A stretch of DNA of 64,000 nucleotides from Eledone cirrhosa (taxonomy: Eukaryota): the NCBI GenBank assembly GCA_964016885.1, contig OZ024742.1, positions 375,968,001 through 376,032,000 of the forward strand, given 5' to 3'. The translations under genes were made by a program, and so were the position numbers. Shown piece by piece: positions 11,601-25,453 of the stretch. The notes beneath the pieces are model-generated. The model was not told where the DNA came from. It was given only the letters and a program-made list of their open reading frames with translations, and made no database searches. The first letter of the stretch is position 1; the number at the start of each line of letters is the position of its first letter.

Positions 11601-14009
11601 ACACCAGCTCTGGTCATATAAAACTAGAGAGAGAACAACTGGTATTGACACTAATACCAACCTGGTACACACCAGCTCTCGTTATATAAAACTAGATAGA
11701 GAACAACTGGTATTGACACTAGTACCAACCTAGTAAACACCAGCTCTTGTTATATAAAACTAGATAGAGAACAACTGGTATTGACACTAATACCAACCTA
11801 GTAAACACTAGCTCTGGTTATATAAAACTAGATGAGGAACAACTGGTATTGACACTAGTACCAACCTAGTAAACACCAGCTCTTGTTATATAAAACTAGA
11901 TAGAGAACAACTGGTATTGACACTAGTACCAACCTAGTAAACACCAGCTCTGGTTATATAAAACTATATAGACAACTGGTATTGACACTAGTATCAACCT
12001 AGTAAACACCAGCTCTGGTTATATAAAACTAGATAGAGAACAACTTGTATTGACACTAGTACCAACCTAGGAAACACCAGCTCTGGTTATATAAAACTAG
12101 ATAGAGAACAACTGGTATTGACACTAGTACCAACCTAGTAAATACCAGCTCTGGTTATATAAAACTAGATAGACAACTGGTATTGACACTAGTACCAACC
12201 TAGTAAACACCAGCTCTGGTTATATAAAACTAGATAGACAACTGGTATTGACACTAGTAACAACCTAGTAAACACCAGCTCTGGTTATATAAAACTAGAT
12301 AGAGTACAACTGGTATTGACACTAGTAACAACCTAGTAAACACCAGCCCTGGTTATATAAAACTAGGGAGAGAACTGGTATTGAGACTAATATCAACCTA
12401 GTAAACACCAGCTCTGGTTATATAAAACTAGATAGACAACAGGTATTGACACTAGTACCAACCTAGTAAACACCAGCTCTGGTTATATAAAACTAGATAG
12501 ACAACTGGTATTGACACTAGTACCAACCTAGTAAACACCAGCTCTGGTTATATAAAACTCGATAGACAACTGGTATTGACACTAGTACCAACCTAGTAAA
12601 TACCAGCTCTGGTTATATAAAACTAGATAGACAACTGGTATTGACACTAGTAACAACCTAGTAAACACCGGCTCTGGTTACATAAAACTAGGGAGAGAAC
12701 TGGTATTGAGACTAATACCAACCTAGTAAACACCAGCTCTGGTTATATAAAACTAGATAGACAACTGGTATTGACACTAGTACCAACCTAGTAAACACCA
12801 GCTCTGGTTATATAAAACTAGATAGAGAACAACTGGTATTGACACTAGTACCAACCTAGTAAACACCAGCTCTGGTTATATAAAACTAGATAGACAACTG
12901 GTATTGACAGTAGTACCAACCTAGTAAACACCAGCTCTGGTTATATAAAACTAGATAGAGAACAACTGGTATTGACACTAGTACCAACCTAGTAAACACC
13001 AGCTCTGGTTATATAAAACTAGATAGAGAACAACTGGTATTGACACTAGTACCAACCTAGTAAACACCAGCTCTGGTTATATAAAACTAGATAGACAACT
13101 GGTATTGACACTAGTACCAACCTAGTAAACACCAGCTCTGGTTATATAAAACTCGATAGACAACTGGTATTGACACTAGTACCAACCTAGTAAATACCAG
13201 CTCTGGTTATATAAAACTAGATAGACAACTGGTATTGACACTAGTAACAACCTAGTAAACACCAGCTCTGGTTATATAAAACTAGATAGAGAACAACTGG
13301 TATTGACACTAGTACCAACCTAGTAAACACCAGCTCTGGTTATATAAAACTAGATGGAGAACAACTGGTATTGAGACTAGTACCAACCTAGTAAACACCA
13401 GCTCTGGTTATACAAATCTAGATAGAGCACAACTGGTATTGACACTAGTACCAACCTAGTAAACCCCAGCTCTGGTTATATAAAACTAGATAGAAAACAA
13501 CTGGTATTGACACTAGTACCAATCTAGTAAACACCAGCACTGGTTATATAAAACTAGATGGAGAACAACTGGTATTGACACTAGTAAGAACCTAGTAAAC
13601 ACCAGCTCTGGTTATATAAAACTAGATAGAGAACAACTGGTATTGACACTAGTACCAACCTAGTAAACACCAGCTCTGGTTATATACAACTAGATAGAGA
13701 ACAACTGGTATTGACACTAGTACCAACCTAGTAAACATCAGCTCTGGTTATATAAAATTAGGGAGAGAACTGGTATAGACACTAGTACCAACCTAGTAAA
13801 CACCAGCTCTGATTACATAAAACTAGATAGAGAACAACTGGTATTGACACTAGTACCAACCTAGTAAACACCAGCTCTGGTTATATACAACTAGATAGAG
13901 AACAACTGGTATTGACACTAGTACCAACCTAGTAAACACCAGCTCTGGTTATATAAAACTAGATAGAGAACAACTGGTATTGAGACTAGTACCAACCTAG
14001 TAAACACCA

Positions 14010-17000
14010 GCTCTGGTAATATAAAACTAGATAGACAACTGGTATAGACACTAGTACCAACCTAGTAAACACCAGCTCTGGTTATATAAAACTAGATAGA
14101 GAACAACTGGTATTGACACTAGTACCAACCTAGTAAACACCAGCTCTGGTTATATACAACTAGATAGACAACTGGTATTGACACTAGTACCAACCTAGTA
14201 AACACCAGCCCTGGTAATATAAAACTAGATGGAGTACAACTGGTATTGACACTAGTACCAATCTAGTAAACACAAGCTCTGGTAATATAAAACTAGATAG
14301 AGAACAACTGGTATTGAGACTAGTACCAACCTAGTAAACACCAGCTCTGGTTATATAAAACTAGATAGAGAACAACTGGTATTGACACTAGTACCAACCT
14401 GGTAAACACCAGCTTTGGTTATATACAACTAGATAAAGAACTGGTATTGACACTAGTACCAACCTAGTAAACACCAGCCCTGGTAATATAAAACTCGATG
14501 GAGTACACATGGTATTGACACTAGTACCAATCTAGTAAACACAAGCTCTGGTAATATAAAACTAGATAGAGAACAACTGGTATTGAGACTAGTACCAACC
14601 TAGTAAACACCAGCTCTGGTTATATAAAACTAGATAGAGAACAACTGGTATTGACACTAGAACCAACCTAGTAAACACCAGCTCTGGTTATATAAAACTA
14701 GATAGACAACTGGTATGGACACTAGTACCAACCTAGTAAACACTAGCTCTGGTTATATAAAACTAGATAGACAACTGGTATTGACACTAGGACCAACCTA
14801 GTAAACACCAGCTCTGGTTATATAAAATTAGATGGAGAACAATTGGTATTGACACTAGTACCAACCTAGTAAACACCAGCCCTGGTAATTTAAAACTAGA
14901 TAGAGAACAACTGGTATTGACACTAGTATCAACCTAGTAAACACCAGCTCTGGTTATATAAAACTAGGGAGAGAACTGGTATAGACACTAGTACCAACCT
15001 AGTAAACACCAGCTCTGGTTATATAAAAGTAGATAGAGAACAATGTTATTGACACTAGTACAAACCTAGTAAACACCAGCTCTGGTTATATAAAAGTAGA
15101 TAGAGAACAATGTTATTGACACTAGTACCAACCTAGTAAACACCAGCCCTGGTAATATAAAATTAGATAGAGAACAACTGGTATTGACACTAGTACCAAC
15201 CTAGTAAACACCAGCTCTGGTTATATAAAACTAGGGAGAGAACTGGTATAGACACTAGTACCAACCTAGTAAACAGCAGCTCTGGTTATATAAAACTAGG
15301 GAGAGAACTGGTATAGACACTACTACCAACCTAGTAAACACCAGCTCTGGTTATATAAAAGTAGATAGAGAACAATGTTATTGACACTAGTACAAACCTA
15401 GTAAACACCAGCTCTGGTTATATACAACTAGATGGAGAACAACTGGTATTGACACTAGGACCAACCTAGTAAACACCAGCTCTGGTTATATAAAAGTAGA
15501 TAGAGAACAACTGGTATTGACACTAGTACCAACCTAGTAAACACCAGTTCTGGTTATATAAAACTAGATAGACAACTGGTATTGACACTAGTACCAACCT
15601 AGTAAACACCAGCCCTGGTAATATAAAACTAGATAGAGAACAACTGGTATTGACACTAGTACCAACCTAGTAAACACCAGCCCTGGTAATATAAAACTAG
15701 ATAGAGAACAACAGGTATTGACACTAGTACCAACCTAGTAAACACCAACTCTGGTTATATAAAACTAGGGAGAGAACTGATATACACACTAGTATCAACC
15801 TAGTAAACACCAGCTCTGGTTATATAAAACTAGATAGAGAACAACTGGTATTGACACTAGTACCAACCTAGTAAACACCAGCTCTGGTTATATAAAACTA
15901 GATAGAGAACAACTGGTATTGACACTAGTACCAACCTAGTAAACACCAGCTCTGGTTATATAAAACTAGATGGAGAACAACTCGTATTGACACTAGTACC
16001 AACCTAGTAAACACCAGCTCTGGTAATATAAAACTAGATAGACAACTGGTATAGACACTAGTACCAACCTAGTAAACACCAGCTCTGGTTATATAAAACT
16101 AGATAGAGAACAACTGGTATTGACACTAGTACCAACCTAGTAAACACCAGCTCTGGTTATATACAACTAGATAGACAACTGGTATTGACACTAGTACCAA
16201 CCTAGTAAACACCAGCCCTGGTAATATAAAACTAGATGGAGTACAACTGGTATTGACACTAGTACCAATCTAGTAAACACAAGCTCTGGTAATATAAAAC
16301 TAGATAGAGAACAACTGGTATTGAGACTAGTACCAACCTAGTAAACACCAGCTCTGGTTATATAAAACTAGATAGAGAACAACTGGTATTGACACTAGTA
16401 CCAACCTGGTAAACACCAGCTTTGGTTATATACAACTAGATAAAGAACTGGTATTGACACTAGTACCAACCTAGTAAACACCAGCCCTGGTAATATAAAA
16501 CTCGATGGAGTACACATGGTATTGACACTAGTACCAATCTAGTAAACACAAGCTCTGGTAATATAAAACTAGATAGAGAACAACTGGTATTGAGACTAGT
16601 ACCAACCTAGTAAACACCAGCTCTGGTTATATAAAACTAGATAGAGAACAACTGGTATTGACACTAGAACCAACCTAGTAAACACCAGATCTGGTTATAT
16701 AAAACTAGATAGACAACTGGTATGGACACTAGTACCAACCTAGTAAACACTAGCTCTGGTTATATAAAACTAGATAGACAACTGGTATTGACACTAGGAC
16801 CAACCTAGTAAACACCAGCTCTGGTTATATAAAATTAGATGGAGAACAATTGGTATTGACACTAGTACCAACCTAGTAAACACCAGCCCTGGTAATTTAA
16901 AACTAGATAGAGAACAACTGGTATTGACACTAGTATCAACCTAGTAAACACCAGCTCTGGTTATATAAAACTAGGGAGAGAACTGGTATAGACACTAGTA

Positions 17001-17760
17001 CCAACCTAGTAAACACCAGCTCTGGTTATATAAAAGTAGATAGAGAACAATGTTATTGACACTAGTACAAACCTAGTAAACACCAGCTCTGGTTATATAA
17101 AAGTAGATAGAGAACAATGTTATTGACACTAGTACAAACCTAGTAAACACCAGCTCTGGTTATATACAACTAGATGGAGAACAACTGGTATTGACACTAG
17201 GACCAACCTAGTAAACACCAGCTCTGGTTATATAAAAGTAGATAGAGAACAACTGGTATTGACACTAGTACCAACCTAGTAAACACCAGTTCTGGTTATA
17301 TAAAACTAGATAGACAACTGGTATTGACACTAGTACCAACCTAGTAAACACCAGCCCTGGTAATATAAAACTAGATAGAGAACAACTGGTATTGACACTA
17401 GTACCAACCTAGTAAACACCAGCCCTGGTAATATAAAACTAGATAGAGAACAACAGGTATTGACACTAGTACCAACCTAGTAAACACCAACTCTGGTTAT
17501 ATAAAACTAGGGAGAGAACTGATATACACACTAGTATCAACCTAGTAAACACCAGCTCTGGTTATATAAAACTAGATAGAGAACAACTGGTATTGACACT
17601 AGTACCAACCTAGTAAACACCAGCTCTGGTTATATAAAACTAGATAGAGAACAACTGGTATTGACACTAGTACCAACCTAGTAAACACCAGCTCTGGTTA
17701 TATAAAACTAGATGGAGAACAACTCGTATTGACACTAGTACCAACCTAGTAAACACCAGC
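14010..17760. repeat. Tandem duplication with 2007-bp period; the second copy lacks 4 monomers (265 bp)
   Basis: CTCGATGGAGTACACAT at 14494/16501 and GGTAATTT at 14884/16891 (both offset 2007). Downstream TGATATAC at 15778/17520 has offset 1742 = 2007-265. Confidence 0.88.
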
Positions 17761-20700
17761 TCTGGTTATATAAAACTAGATAGACAACTGGTATTGACAC
17801 TAGTACCAACCTAGTAAACACCAGCTCTGGTTATATAAAACTAGATGGAGAACAACTCGTATTGACACTAGTACCAACCTAGTAAACACCAGCTCTGGTT
17901 ATATAAAACTAGATAGAGAACAACTGGTATTGACACTAGTACCAACCTGGTAAACACCAGCTGTTGTTATATGAAATTAGATGGAGAACAATTGGTATTG
18001 ACACTAGTACCAACATAGTAAACACCAGCTCTGGTTATATAAAACTAGATAGAGAACAACTAGTATTGAGACTAGTACCAACCTAGTAAACACCAGCTCT
18101 GGTTATATAAAACTAGATAGAGAACTGGTATTGACACTAGTACCAACCTAGTAAACACCAGCTCTGGTTATATAAAACTAGATAGAGAACTGGTATTGAG
18201 ACTAGTACCAACCTAGTAAACACCATCCCTGGTAATATATAACTAGATAGAGAACAACTGGTATTGAAACTAGTACCAATCTAGTAAACACAAGCTCTGG
18301 TAATGTAAAACTAGATAGAGAACAACTGGTATTGAGACTAGTACCAACCTAGTAAACACCAGCTCTGGTTATATAAAACTAGATGGAGAACAACTGGTAT
18401 TGACACTAGTACCAATCTAGTAAACACCAGCTCTGGTTATATAAAACTAGATAGAGAACAACTGGTATTGACACTAGTACCAACCTAGTAAACACCAGCT
18501 CTGGTTATATAAAACTAGATAGACAACTGGTATTGACACTAGTACCAACCTAGTAAACACTAGCTCTGGTTATATAAAACTAGATGAGGAACAACTGGTA
18601 TTGACACTAGTACTAATCTAGTAAACACCAGCCCTGGTAATATAAAACTAGATGGAGAACAACAGGTATTGACACTAGTACCAACCCAGTAAACACAAGC
18701 TCTGGTTATATAAAACTAGATAGACAACTGGTATTGACACTAGTATCAACCTAGTAAACACCAGCTCTGGTTATATAAAACTAAATAGAGTACATCTGGT
18801 ATTGACACTAGTACCAACCTAGTATACACCAGCTCTGGTTATATAAAACTAGATAGAGAACAACTGGTATTGACACTAATACCAACCTAGTAAACACTAG
18901 CTCTGGTTATATAAAACTAGATGAGGAACAACTGGTATTGACACTAGTACCAACCTAATAAACACCAGCTCTGGTTATATAAAACTAATTAGAGTACAAC
19001 TGGATTTGACACTAGTACCAACCTAGTATACACCAGCTCTGGTTATATAAAACTAGACGGAGAACAACTGGTATTGACACTAGTACCAACCTAGTAAACA
19101 CCAGCTCTGGTTATATAAAACTAGATAGACAACTGGTATTGACACTAGTACCAACCTAGTAAACACCAGCTCTGGTTATATAAAACTAGATAGACAACTG
19201 GTATTGACACTAGTACCAACCTAGTAAACACCAACTCTGGTTATATAAAGCTAGATAGACAACTAGTATTGACACTAGGACCAACCTAGTAAAAACCAGC
19301 TCTGGTTATATAAAATTAGATGGTGAACAATTGGTATTGACACTAGTACCAACCTAGTAAACACCAGCCCTGGTAGTATAAAACTAGATAGAGAAAAACT
19401 GGTATTGACACTAGTACCAACCTAGTAAACACCAGCTCTGGTTATATAAAACTAGATAGAGAACAACTGCTTTTGAGATTAGTACCAACCTAGTAAACAC
19501 CAGCCCTGGTAATATAAAACTAGATAGAGAACAACTGGTATTGAAACTAGCACCAATCTAGTAAACACCAGCTCTGGTTATATAAAACTAGATAGAGAAC
19601 AACTGGTATTGAGACTAGTACCAATCTCGTAAACACCAGCTCTGGTTATATAAAACTAGATAGAGAACAACTGGTATTGAGACTAGTACCAATCTAGTAA
19701 ACACCAGCTCTGGTTATTTAAAACTAGATAGAGAACAACTGGTATTGACACTAGTACCAACCTAGTAAACACCAGCTCTGGTTATATAAAACTAGGGAGA
19801 GAACTGGTATAGACACTAGTACCAACCTAGCAAACACCTGCTCTGGTTATATAAAACTAGATAGAGAACAACTGGTATTGACACTAGTACCAACCTAGTA
19901 AACACCAGCTCTGGTTATATAAAACTAGATAGAGAACAACTGGTATTGAGACTAGTACCAATCTAGTAAACACCAGCTCTGGTTATATAAAACTAGATAG
20001 AGAACAACTGGTATTGACACTAGTACCAACCTAGTAAACACCAGCTCTGGTTATATAAAACTAGATAGAGAACAACTGCTTTTGAGACTAGTACCAACCT
20101 AGTAAACACCAGCCCTGGTAATATAAAACTAGATAGAGAACAACTGGTATTGAGACTAGTACCAATCTAGTAAACACCAGCTCTGGTTATATAAAACTAG
20201 ATAGAGAACAACTGGTATTGACACTAGTACCAACCTAGTAAACACCAGCTCTGGTTATATAAAACTAGATAGAGAACAACTGCTTTTGAGACTAGTACCA
20301 ACCTAGTAAACACCAGCCCTGGTAATATAAAACTAGATGGAGAACAACTGGTATTGAAACTAGCACCAATCTAGTAAACACAAGCTCTGGTTATATAAAA
20401 CTAGATAGAGAACAACTGGTATTGACACTAGTACCAACCTAGTAAACACCAGCTCTGGTTATATAAAACTAGATAGAGAACAACTGCTTTTGAGACTAGT
20501 ACCAACCTAGTAAACACAAGCCCTGGTAATATAAAACTAGATAGAGAACAACTGGTATTGAAACTAGCACCAATCTAGTAAACACAAGCTCTGGTTATAT
20601 AAAACTAGATAGAGAACAACTGGTATTGACACTAGTACCAACCTAGTAAACACCAGCTCTGGTTATATAAAACTAGATAGAGAACAACTGCTTTTGAGAC

Positions 20701-23700
20701 TAGTACCAACCTAGTAAACACCAGCCCTGGTAATATAAAACTAGATAGAGAACAACTGGTATTGAAACTAGAACCAATCTAGTAAACACAAGCTCTGGTT
20801 ATATAAAACTAGATAGAGAACAACTGGTATTGACACTAGTACCAACCTAGTAAACACCAGCTCTGGTTATATAAAACTAGATAGAGAACAACTGGTATTG
20901 ACACTAATACCAACCTGGTGCACACCAGCTCTGGTTATATAAAACTAGATAGAGAACAACTGCTTTTGAGACTAGTACCAACCTAGTAAACACCAGCCCT
21001 GGTAATATAAAACTAGATAGACAACTGGTATTGACACTAGTACCAACCTAGTAAACACCAGTTCTGGTTATATAAAACTAGATAGACAACTGGTATTGAC
21101 ACTAGTACCAACCTAGTAAACACCAGCTCTGGTTATATAAAAGTAGATAGAGAACAATGTTATTGATACTAGTACAAACCTAGTAAACACCAGCTCCGGT
21201 TATATAAAACTAGGGAGAGAACTGGTATAGACACTAGTACCAACCTAGTAAACACCAGCTCTGGTTATATAAAACTAGGGAGAGAACTGGTATTGACACT
21301 AGTACCAACCTAGTAAACACCAGCTCTGGTTATATAAAAGTAGATAGAGAACAATGTTATTGACACTAGTACCAACCTAGTAAACACCAGCTCTGGTTAT
21401 ATAAAACTAGGGAGAGAACTGGTATAGACACTAGTACCAACCTAGTAAACACCAGCTCTGGTTATATAAAATTAGATAGAGAACAACTGGTATTGACACT
21501 AGTACCAACCTAGTAAACACCAGCTCTGGTCATATAAAACTAGATAGAGAACAACTGGTATTGAGACTAGTACCAATCTAGTAAACACCAGCTCTGGTTA
21601 TATAAAACTAGATAGAGAACAACTGGTATTGACACTAGTACCAACCTAGTAAACACCAGCTCTGGTTATATAAAACTAGGGAGAGAACTGATATACACAC
21701 TAGTATCAACCTAGTAAACACCAGCTCTGGTTATATAAAACTAGATAGAGAACAACTGGTATTTACACTAGTACCAACCTAGTAAACACCAGCTCTGGTT
21801 ATATAAAACTAGATAGAGAACAACTGGTATTGACACTAGTACCAACCTAGTAAACACCAGCTCTGGTTATATAAAACTAGATGGAGAACAACTGGTATTG
21901 ACACTAGTACCAACCTGGTAAACACCAGCTCTGGTTATATAAAACTAGATAGAGAACAACTGGTATTGACACTAGTACCAACCTAGTAAACACCAGCCCA
22001 GGTTATATAAAACAAGATAGAGAACAACTGGTATTGACACTAGTAGCAACCTAGTAAACACCAGCTCTGGTTATATACAACTAGATAGAGAACAACTGGT
22101 ATTGACACTAGTACCAACCTGGTAAACACCAGCTCTGGTTATATAAAATTAGGGAGAGAACTGGTATAGACACTAGTACCAACCTAGTAAACACCAGCTC
22201 TGATTACATAAAACTAGATAGAGAACAACTGGTATTGACACTAGTACCAACCTAGTAAACACCAGCTCTGATTACATAAAACTAGATAGAGAACAACTGC
22301 TATTGACACTAGTACCAACCTAGTAAACACCAGCTCTGGTTATATACAACTAGATAGAGAACAACTGGTATTGACACTAGTACCAACCTAGTAAACACCA
22401 GCTCTGGTTATATAAAACTAGATAGAGAACAACTGGTATTGACACTAGTACCAACCTAGTAAACACCAGCTCTGGTTATATACAACTAGATAGACAACTG
22501 GTATTGACACTAGTACCAACCTAGTAAACACCAGCCCTGGTAATATGAAACTAGATGGAGTACAACTGGTATTGACACTAGTACCAATCTAGTAAACACA
22601 AGCTCTGGTAATATAAAACTAGATAGAGAACAATGTTATTGACACTAGTACAAACCTAGTAAACACCAGCTCTGGTTATATACAACTAGATGGAGAACAA
22701 CTGGTATTGACACTAGGACCAACCTAGTAAACACCAGCTCTGGTTATATAAAAGTAGATAGAGAACAACTGGTATTGACACTAGTACCAACCTAGTAAAC
22801 ACCAGCTCTGGTTATATAAAACTAGGGAGAGAACTGGTATAGACACTACTACCAACCTAGTAAACACCAGCTCTGGTTATATAAAAGTAGATAGAGAACA
22901 ATGTTATTGACACTAGTACAAACCTAGTAAACACCAGCTCTGGTTATATACAACTAGATGGAGAACAACTGGTTTGACACTAGGACCAACCTAGTAAACA
23001 CCAGCTCTGGTTATATAAAAGTAGATAGAGAACAACTGGTATTGACACTAGTACCAACCTAGTAAACACCAGCTCTGGTTATATAAAACTAGATAGACAA
23101 CTGGTATTGACACTAGTACCAACCTAGTAAACACCAGTTCTGGTTATATAAAACTAGATAGACAACTGGTATTGACACTAGTACCAACCTAGTAAACACC
23201 AGCCCTGGTAATATAAAACTAGATAGAGAACAACTGGTATTGACACTAGTACCAACCTAGTAAACACCAACTCTGGTTATATAAAACTAGGGAGAGAACT
23301 GATATACACACTAGTATCAACCTAGTAAACACCAGCTCTGGTTATATAAAACTAGATAGAGAACAACTGGTATTGACACTAGTACCAACCTAGTAAACAC
23401 CAGCTCTGGTTATATAAAACTAGATAGAGAACAACTGGTATTGACACTAGTACCAACCTAGTAAACACCAGCTCTGGTTATATAAAACTAGATGGAGAAC
23501 AACTCGTATTGACACTAGTACCAACCTAGTAAACACCAGCTCTGGTTATATAAAACTAGATAGAGAACAACTGGTATTGACACTAGTACCAACCTGGTAA
23601 ACACCAGCTGTTGTTATATGAAATTAGATGGAGAACAATTGGTATTGACACTAGTACCAACATAGTAAACACCAGCTCTGGTTATATAAAACTAGATAGA

Positions 23701-24637
23701 GAACAACTAGTATTGAGACTAGTACCAACCTAGTAAACACCAGCTCTGGTTATATAAAACTAGATAGAGAACTGGTATTGACACTAGTACCAACCTAGTA
23801 AACACCAGCTCTGGTTATATAAAACTAGATAGACAACTGGTATTGACACTAGGACCAACCTAGTAAACACCAGCTCTGGTTATATAAAATTAGATGGAGA
23901 ACAATTGGTATTGACACTAGTACCAACCTAGTATACACCAGCTCTGGTTATATAAAACTAGATAGAGAACAACTGGTATTGACACTAGTACCAACCTAGT
24001 AAACACCAGCTCTTCTTATACAAAACTAGATAGAGAACAACTGGTATTGACACTAATACCAACCTAGTAAACACCAGCTCTGGTTATATAAAACTAGATG
24101 AGGAACAACTGGTATTGACACTAGTACCAACCTAATAAACACCAGCTCTGGTTATATAAAACTAATTAGAGTACAACTGGATTTGACACTAGTACCAACC
24201 TAGTATACACCAGCTCTGGTTATATAAAACTAGACGGAGAACAACTGGTATTGACACTAGTACCAACCTAGTAAACACCACCTCTGGTTATATAAAACTA
24301 GATAGACAACTGGTATTGACACTAGTACCAACCTAGTAAACACCAGCTCTGGTTATATAAAACTAGATAGACAACTGGTATTGACACTAGTACCAACCTA
24401 GTAAACACCAACTCTGGTTATATAAAACTAGATAGACAACTAGTATTGACACTAGGACCAACCTAGTAAACACCAGCTCTGGTTATATAAAATTAGATGG
24501 AGAACAATTGGTATTGACACTAGTACCAACCTAGTAAACACCAGCCCTGGTAGTATAAAACTAGATAGAGAAAAACTGGTATTGACACTAGTACCAACCT
24601 AGTAAACACCAGCTCTGGTTATATAAAACTAGATAGA

Positions 24638-25453
24638 GAACAACTGCTTTTGAGACTAGTACCAACCTAGTAAACACCAGCCCTGGTAATATAAAACTAG
24701 ATAGAGAACAACTGGTATTGAAACTAGCACCAATCTAGTAAACACCAGCTCTGGTTATATAAAACTAGATAGAGAACAACTGGTATTGACACTAGTACCA
24801 ACCTAGTAAACACCAGCTCTGGTTATATAAAACTAGATAGAGAACAACTGCTTTTGAGACTAGTACCAACCTAGTAAACACCAGCCCTGGTAATATAAAA
24901 CTAGATAGAGAACAACTGGAATTGAAACTAGCACCAATCTAGTAAACACAAGCTCTGGTTATATAAAACTAGATAGAGAACAACTGGTATTGACACTAGT
25001 ACCAACCTAGTAAACACCAGCTCTGGTTATATAAAACTAGATAGAGAACAACTGCTTTTGAGACTAGTACCAACCTAGTAAACACCAGCCCTGGTAATAT
25101 AAAACTAGATAGAGAACAACTGGTATTGAAACTAGCACCAATCTAGTAAACACAAGCTCTGGTTATATAAAACTAGATAGAGAACAACTGGTATTGACAC
25201 TAGTACCAACCTAGTAAACACCAGCTCTGGTTATATAAAACTAGATAGAGAACAACTGCTTTTGAGACTAGTACCAACCTAGTAAACACCAGCCCTGGTA
25301 ATATAAAACTAGATAGAGAACAACTGGTATTGAAACTAGCACCAATCTAGTAAACACAAGCTCTGGTTATATAAAACTAGATAGAGAACAACTGGTATTG
25401 ACACTAGTACCAACCTAGTAAACACCAGCTCTGGTTATATAAAACTAGATAGA
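24638..25453. repeat. 204-bp trimer sub-repeat x4 inside the HOR (example block)
   Basis: TGCTTTTGAG recurs at ~24645, 24849, 25053 and 25257. Each trimer is a [TGCTTTTGAG...CCCTGGTAAT] monomer, a [GAAACTAGCACCAATC] monomer and a consensus monomer. Confidence 0.92.
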
